A stretch of DNA of 64,000 bases. Origin: Catajapyx aquilonaris. Lineage: Eukaryota. Below the pieces are notes generated by a model that did no database searches, was not told where the DNA came from, and worked only from the letters and a program-made list of their open reading frames with translations. The stretch spans positions 1-64,000 of the forward strand of contig KZ538154.1 of assembly GCA_000934665.2 (NCBI GenBank). Direction: 5' to 3'. This document shows, piece by piece, positions 52,986-64,000 of this stretch. The stretch's first letter is position 1, and every line of letters starts with the position of its first letter. Made by a program: the position numbers and the translations under genes.

Positions 52986-55053
52986 TTAGTCTTTAGGAGT
53001 AAGTTTTAGTCTATGCATGTTCGTTACAAAGAAACGAGGCAATTTGGCTGAAACCCACACGTCCCTTCCATCAGCTATTTCTGGTATAATGATCGTCTTT
53101 GAGTGAAGGTGCATTGGAACCGTACGAGCCTTGCTTTGACGCATGCCTAGGCGGTTCAACATGTCACCAGGGAGTTTCTGTAAAATGACAAACATGTTTG
53201 AATTGCCATCTTGAACTGATGATTTGAATAAGGAGTTCTTACCTGAGGGGCAATTTTGGTCAAATTGGAGTACTTGTGGTCTCCCAGAATCGGACAATTG
53301 AGGCCAAAGGCTAGGTGGACTCTGATCTGATGTTTTACTCCCGTCTCAGGTTTCAGCTCCAACAGTGCACCACTGTCTTGGGATGTCAGCGTCTGCAATG
53401 CATCAAATGACATGAAATTGGGCATGTCAATAATGCTTCCTAAATTATAGCAATTTGAATGGCATAGTAATTATTGACATCCTTTTACCTTATAGTATGT
53501 ACGTGCACTGTGTGATCCAGCCAAATTGGACTTGAACTTTAATTTTGATTCTTGATAATCAGGTCTTAAAACCATCCTTGTAGCACGATTTACAATTCCT
53601 TCCACTATGGGTATGTCAATGATCCCCTCAAGTGGGTTTGGAACAGATTTTGTTATGCCCCAGTAGATCTTCTGAATTGAATTCTTCTGAAACATTGAGT
53701 TCAAGATGTCAGCCATCTTCTGTGTTTTGGCCAGGAGCAGAACACCAGTCGTTTCCTTGTCCAGCCTGTGAACTGTGTACAGCTGCTCTGCATGACATTT
53801 TTGTGCTAGTTCTGGCAAAAAATCTGTGATTTTGTAAGGTGACAAGTTGGATGCATCATGCATGGCTACTCCATATGGCTTGTACAATGCTAATATGTCA
53901 TCTGGAAAAGAAGGTATTTATGATTAGTAATAAACTAATAATGTTGAAAAATCAACATTCATGAAATTATCTTACAGTTGTCAAAGAGGATGCTCTCCGT
54001 CAATGTGAGTAAGAGCTTTTCACGTGGGACTTTGTACCAGTTTGTAGTCTGTTCATCCAGAACTCTGAATCCTTCACTATCAACTTTGTGACTGAATGTC
54101 TGCGGGGCACCAGATATTGGCTCAACTGTGGATTGGTTCTTGCGTTTCTCCTCCTGGCGCAGTTTCATTACATAATCAAAGGCAGTTTCAGGTTTCTCCA
54201 GGTTGGGCGTCACTCGGTTCTGGACCTTCTCTTGCAATCTGGTTAGCTCACGCCCGGTTACCTTCTCCCGTTCCTCTGACATATTTGGAATCTGCGATAA
54301 GCTCCCATTTAAGTGCTGGGCATTAGTGTTGATATTAGCTGGTGTGGGTGCAGGTTCTGATGCTCTTTTAACTCTTGATATGGCGGCAGAGTTCCTGTAA
54401 CTGTCACCAAAGGTAACCTCATCGAAGTAATTCATATCTGAGTCCTTAGGAGCTGGTGTTGGCGCAGGTTCTGGCAATTTTTTAACTTCAGACGTGATAA
54501 CAGAGTTCCTGTAACTCTCACCGAAGGTAAGCTCATCAAAGTAATTCAGATCCGAGTCCTTAGGAGCTGGTATTGGTTTATCTGGCTTCTCTGATTGTGG
54601 CTTGAAATTCCAGTAGCTGTCTCCATAGGCAAGTTCATCAAAGTAGTTAAGTGAATCATTCCCTTCTGATTCCTTGCCATGAACTTTCTCAGGTTGCATC
54701 TTATCAACCAGGATTGTTTCATCTTCCTGGTCCACATCAAACTGCCCATGAAATTTGGCTACATTGTCCGTATCCAATCGGATGCTACCATAGTGTGTTT
54801 CGTACACCTGCTCACGAACGACTTCCTCCTCTTTCTTGTCGAACAAGTACCCCCATTTCTGCCTGGGGTCCACCTCCGACCTCTCTACCTCAACTTCCTC
54901 ATAATCCCTGCCATCCACAACTGCTCTTTTGACTTGTAAGTTGCCAGGACTATCCAGTACTCTTGCCCTGGGCCTGCTGCATGACGACGTGGTACTCAAT
55001 ACTCGTCTGCATCCACTGTATGTAACGCGACACAAGCACCGTAAGTACAACAT
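52986..55053 (-). CDS. RPUSD4: Mitochondrial RNA pseudouridine synthase, RluA family (RPUSD4-like)
   Basis: Exons 55053-53976, 53901-53489, 53392-53243, 53177-52986. Arg/Ser-rich presequence MLYLRCLCRVTYSGCRRVLSTT, KPYG, catalytic HRLDKETTGVLL, TGVKHQIRVHL, PILGDHKY, MHLH. An in-frame upstream ATG at 55158 probably lies in the promoter. Confidence 0.85.
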
Positions 55054-55099
55054 GCTGTCAGACGCCTGAAGTACGCACGCTTTTACAACTCCAGGAAGC

Positions 55100-55433
55100 C
55101 GCCATATTAAACGTATCGATTCATCGATATTAAAATCAGACGCGATATGCCATGCCATTTTGTTAAATAATTTAATATGATTTAATAATTTTAGATACAG
55201 TTTTTAACTTAAAGAATCTATTGTAATATTTTCTTTATTTAATTGGGTTGCATCTTGCATGCGCAGGAAACGATGCGCAGTGGCTTGAGGAGGGAGAACA
55301 AGGAAGACGCACTGCGTTGTTTGGACGTCGGACGGTCGCAACGGATACCTTCTCTCGTGGTTGACCAGCACACAGTGACGGACCTAGTTTGCTAAAGGGG
55401 GCAACCAGCCTGCGGGCGGAGGGCAGTGTGAGT
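55100..55433. promoter_or_regulatory. Probable bidirectional promoter RPUSD4/PRPF8 with DRE-like sites; PRPF8 non-coding exon 1
   Basis: Two DRE-like ATCGAT cores (TATCGATT, CATCGATA) at 55113-55129; donor GTGAGT at 55428; acceptor TTACAG immediately before the PRPF8 start. Confidence 0.5.
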
Positions 55434-55732
55434 ATACTGGGGGTAAAAGGGAGGTCAGGAAGAATGGCGCGGGGCATCATGGCACAGAAAGTGCTAGGCC
55501 TAGTCTCGATTTGCCGGCCGGTCGCTATGAAAAGTTGCTAATGGCGTCTGTCCAAGGATGCAGCGGAAGTTTTCATGGTTACTTACTGGTTTAAGCATGC
55601 GATCATAAGAAGGTTGCAATAAGTTACCATGATTTAACAGCCATGCTTTTGCATCAATTTTTTGGATAGATAGTGGCTGACTGCATGGACTCCATTTTAT
55701 TGTCCCTTGACTTTTTTAATACACTTCAGTAA

Positions 55733-56155
55733 TTTTTTTTTTGTGGGGGCTTAACGTCGGCCTATTTCTGCTGCTAAGGCTTAACACCGATGCCAGGGGG
55801 TGGTCGTCCTCCTGGAAATATGGCCACTCTGGGGATCGTTTAACGTGCACTTGCGCAAAGTCCTAGGGGTTAGCAACTCCCTGGAACCGGTGTACACACT
55901 GGCCAAGGAACCGGCCTGGAACCAGGTGGAACCGGCTTGGAACCAAGTGGAACCAGGTGGTCTGGTGTACACTTTTTTGGGGAGTTGCTAACCCCTTGGC
56001 AAAGTCACAAGCACACGTGACCGACGGCTTTACTTCCCCTCCGAAGGAAGGGGCACTCTTACTTTTCTACCCTGGAGAAAAGTCACAGCTTGGTTCGAAC
56101 CCACAACTTGGGGGCCAGATGCAAGCGCGCTAACCACTAGTCCACCGGCGCCGGC
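55733..56155 (-). mobile_element. Full-length tRNA-derived SINE (family A)
   Basis: Minus-strand head GCCGGCGCCGGTGGACTAGTGGTTAGCGCG...GGTTCGAACC, tail CCGACGTTAAGCCCCCAC plus poly(A); possible AGTAATT TSD at 55728 and 56159. Confidence 0.85.
55863..55998. mobile_element. 136-bp hAT-type MITE nested in the SINE
   Basis: TIR CTAGGGGTTAGCAACTCCC...GGGAGTTGCTAACCCCTTG, 8-bp TSD GCAAAGTC (55855-55862, 55999-56006), internal GGAACC repeats; absent from the 13340 copy. Confidence 0.9.
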
Positions 56156-56342
56156 TTGAGTAATTGTGAAGGTGGATTGACCAATAAACACAGAAATTTG
56201 CATTTGATTTATCATTGTGGCGATACCATAAGACACACATGAGTGTGATTTTAATGAGTACTGGTACTTGGAGGTTGACAGTGGCACATTTTTAATTTTT
56301 ACCTATCGTTATAGTATGCTAATACCATTTTTGCATTACAGC

Positions 56343-64000
<7,658 letters not shown>

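Noticed and set aside
55054..55158. Longer RPUSD4 N-terminus from the ATG at 55158
   Set aside because: It overlaps the DRE-like promoter sites and would mask the presequence starting at 55053.

Overview
Gene-dense eukaryotic window, most likely an arthropod and probably a hexapod/pancrustacean (short GT-AG introns, Methuselah-like GPCRs, insect-style Ala/Gln-rich Prp8 N-terminus). I reconstructed 11 protein-coding genes by hand, ten of them spliced: the 3' part of Atg1/ULK (+), DENR (-), a NUDT6-like Nudix hydrolase (+), two head-to-head Methuselah-like GPCRs, an EMI-domain collagen of the COL26A1/EMID1 type (+), the Pol III subunit RPC9/CRCP (-), an intronless LPGAT1 (+), ARMC5 (+), a mitochondrial RluA-type pseudouridine synthase RPUSD4-like (-) and the 5' part of PRPF8 (+). 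Introns carry two tRNA-derived SINE families and many MITEs, some nested. Highlights: (1) PRPF8 introns appear to host guide RNAs, including two near-identical C/D RNAs whose D' guide predicts U6 Cm62 (SNORD94-like), two canonical-looking H/ACA RNAs and several unexplained structured segments; (2) LPGAT1 and ARMC5 may share one leader exon or transcript; (3) an invertebrate collagen XXVI/EMID1-like gene. All exon boundaries, RNA folds and family calls were made by eye from remembered family sequences; no database search or folding program was run.
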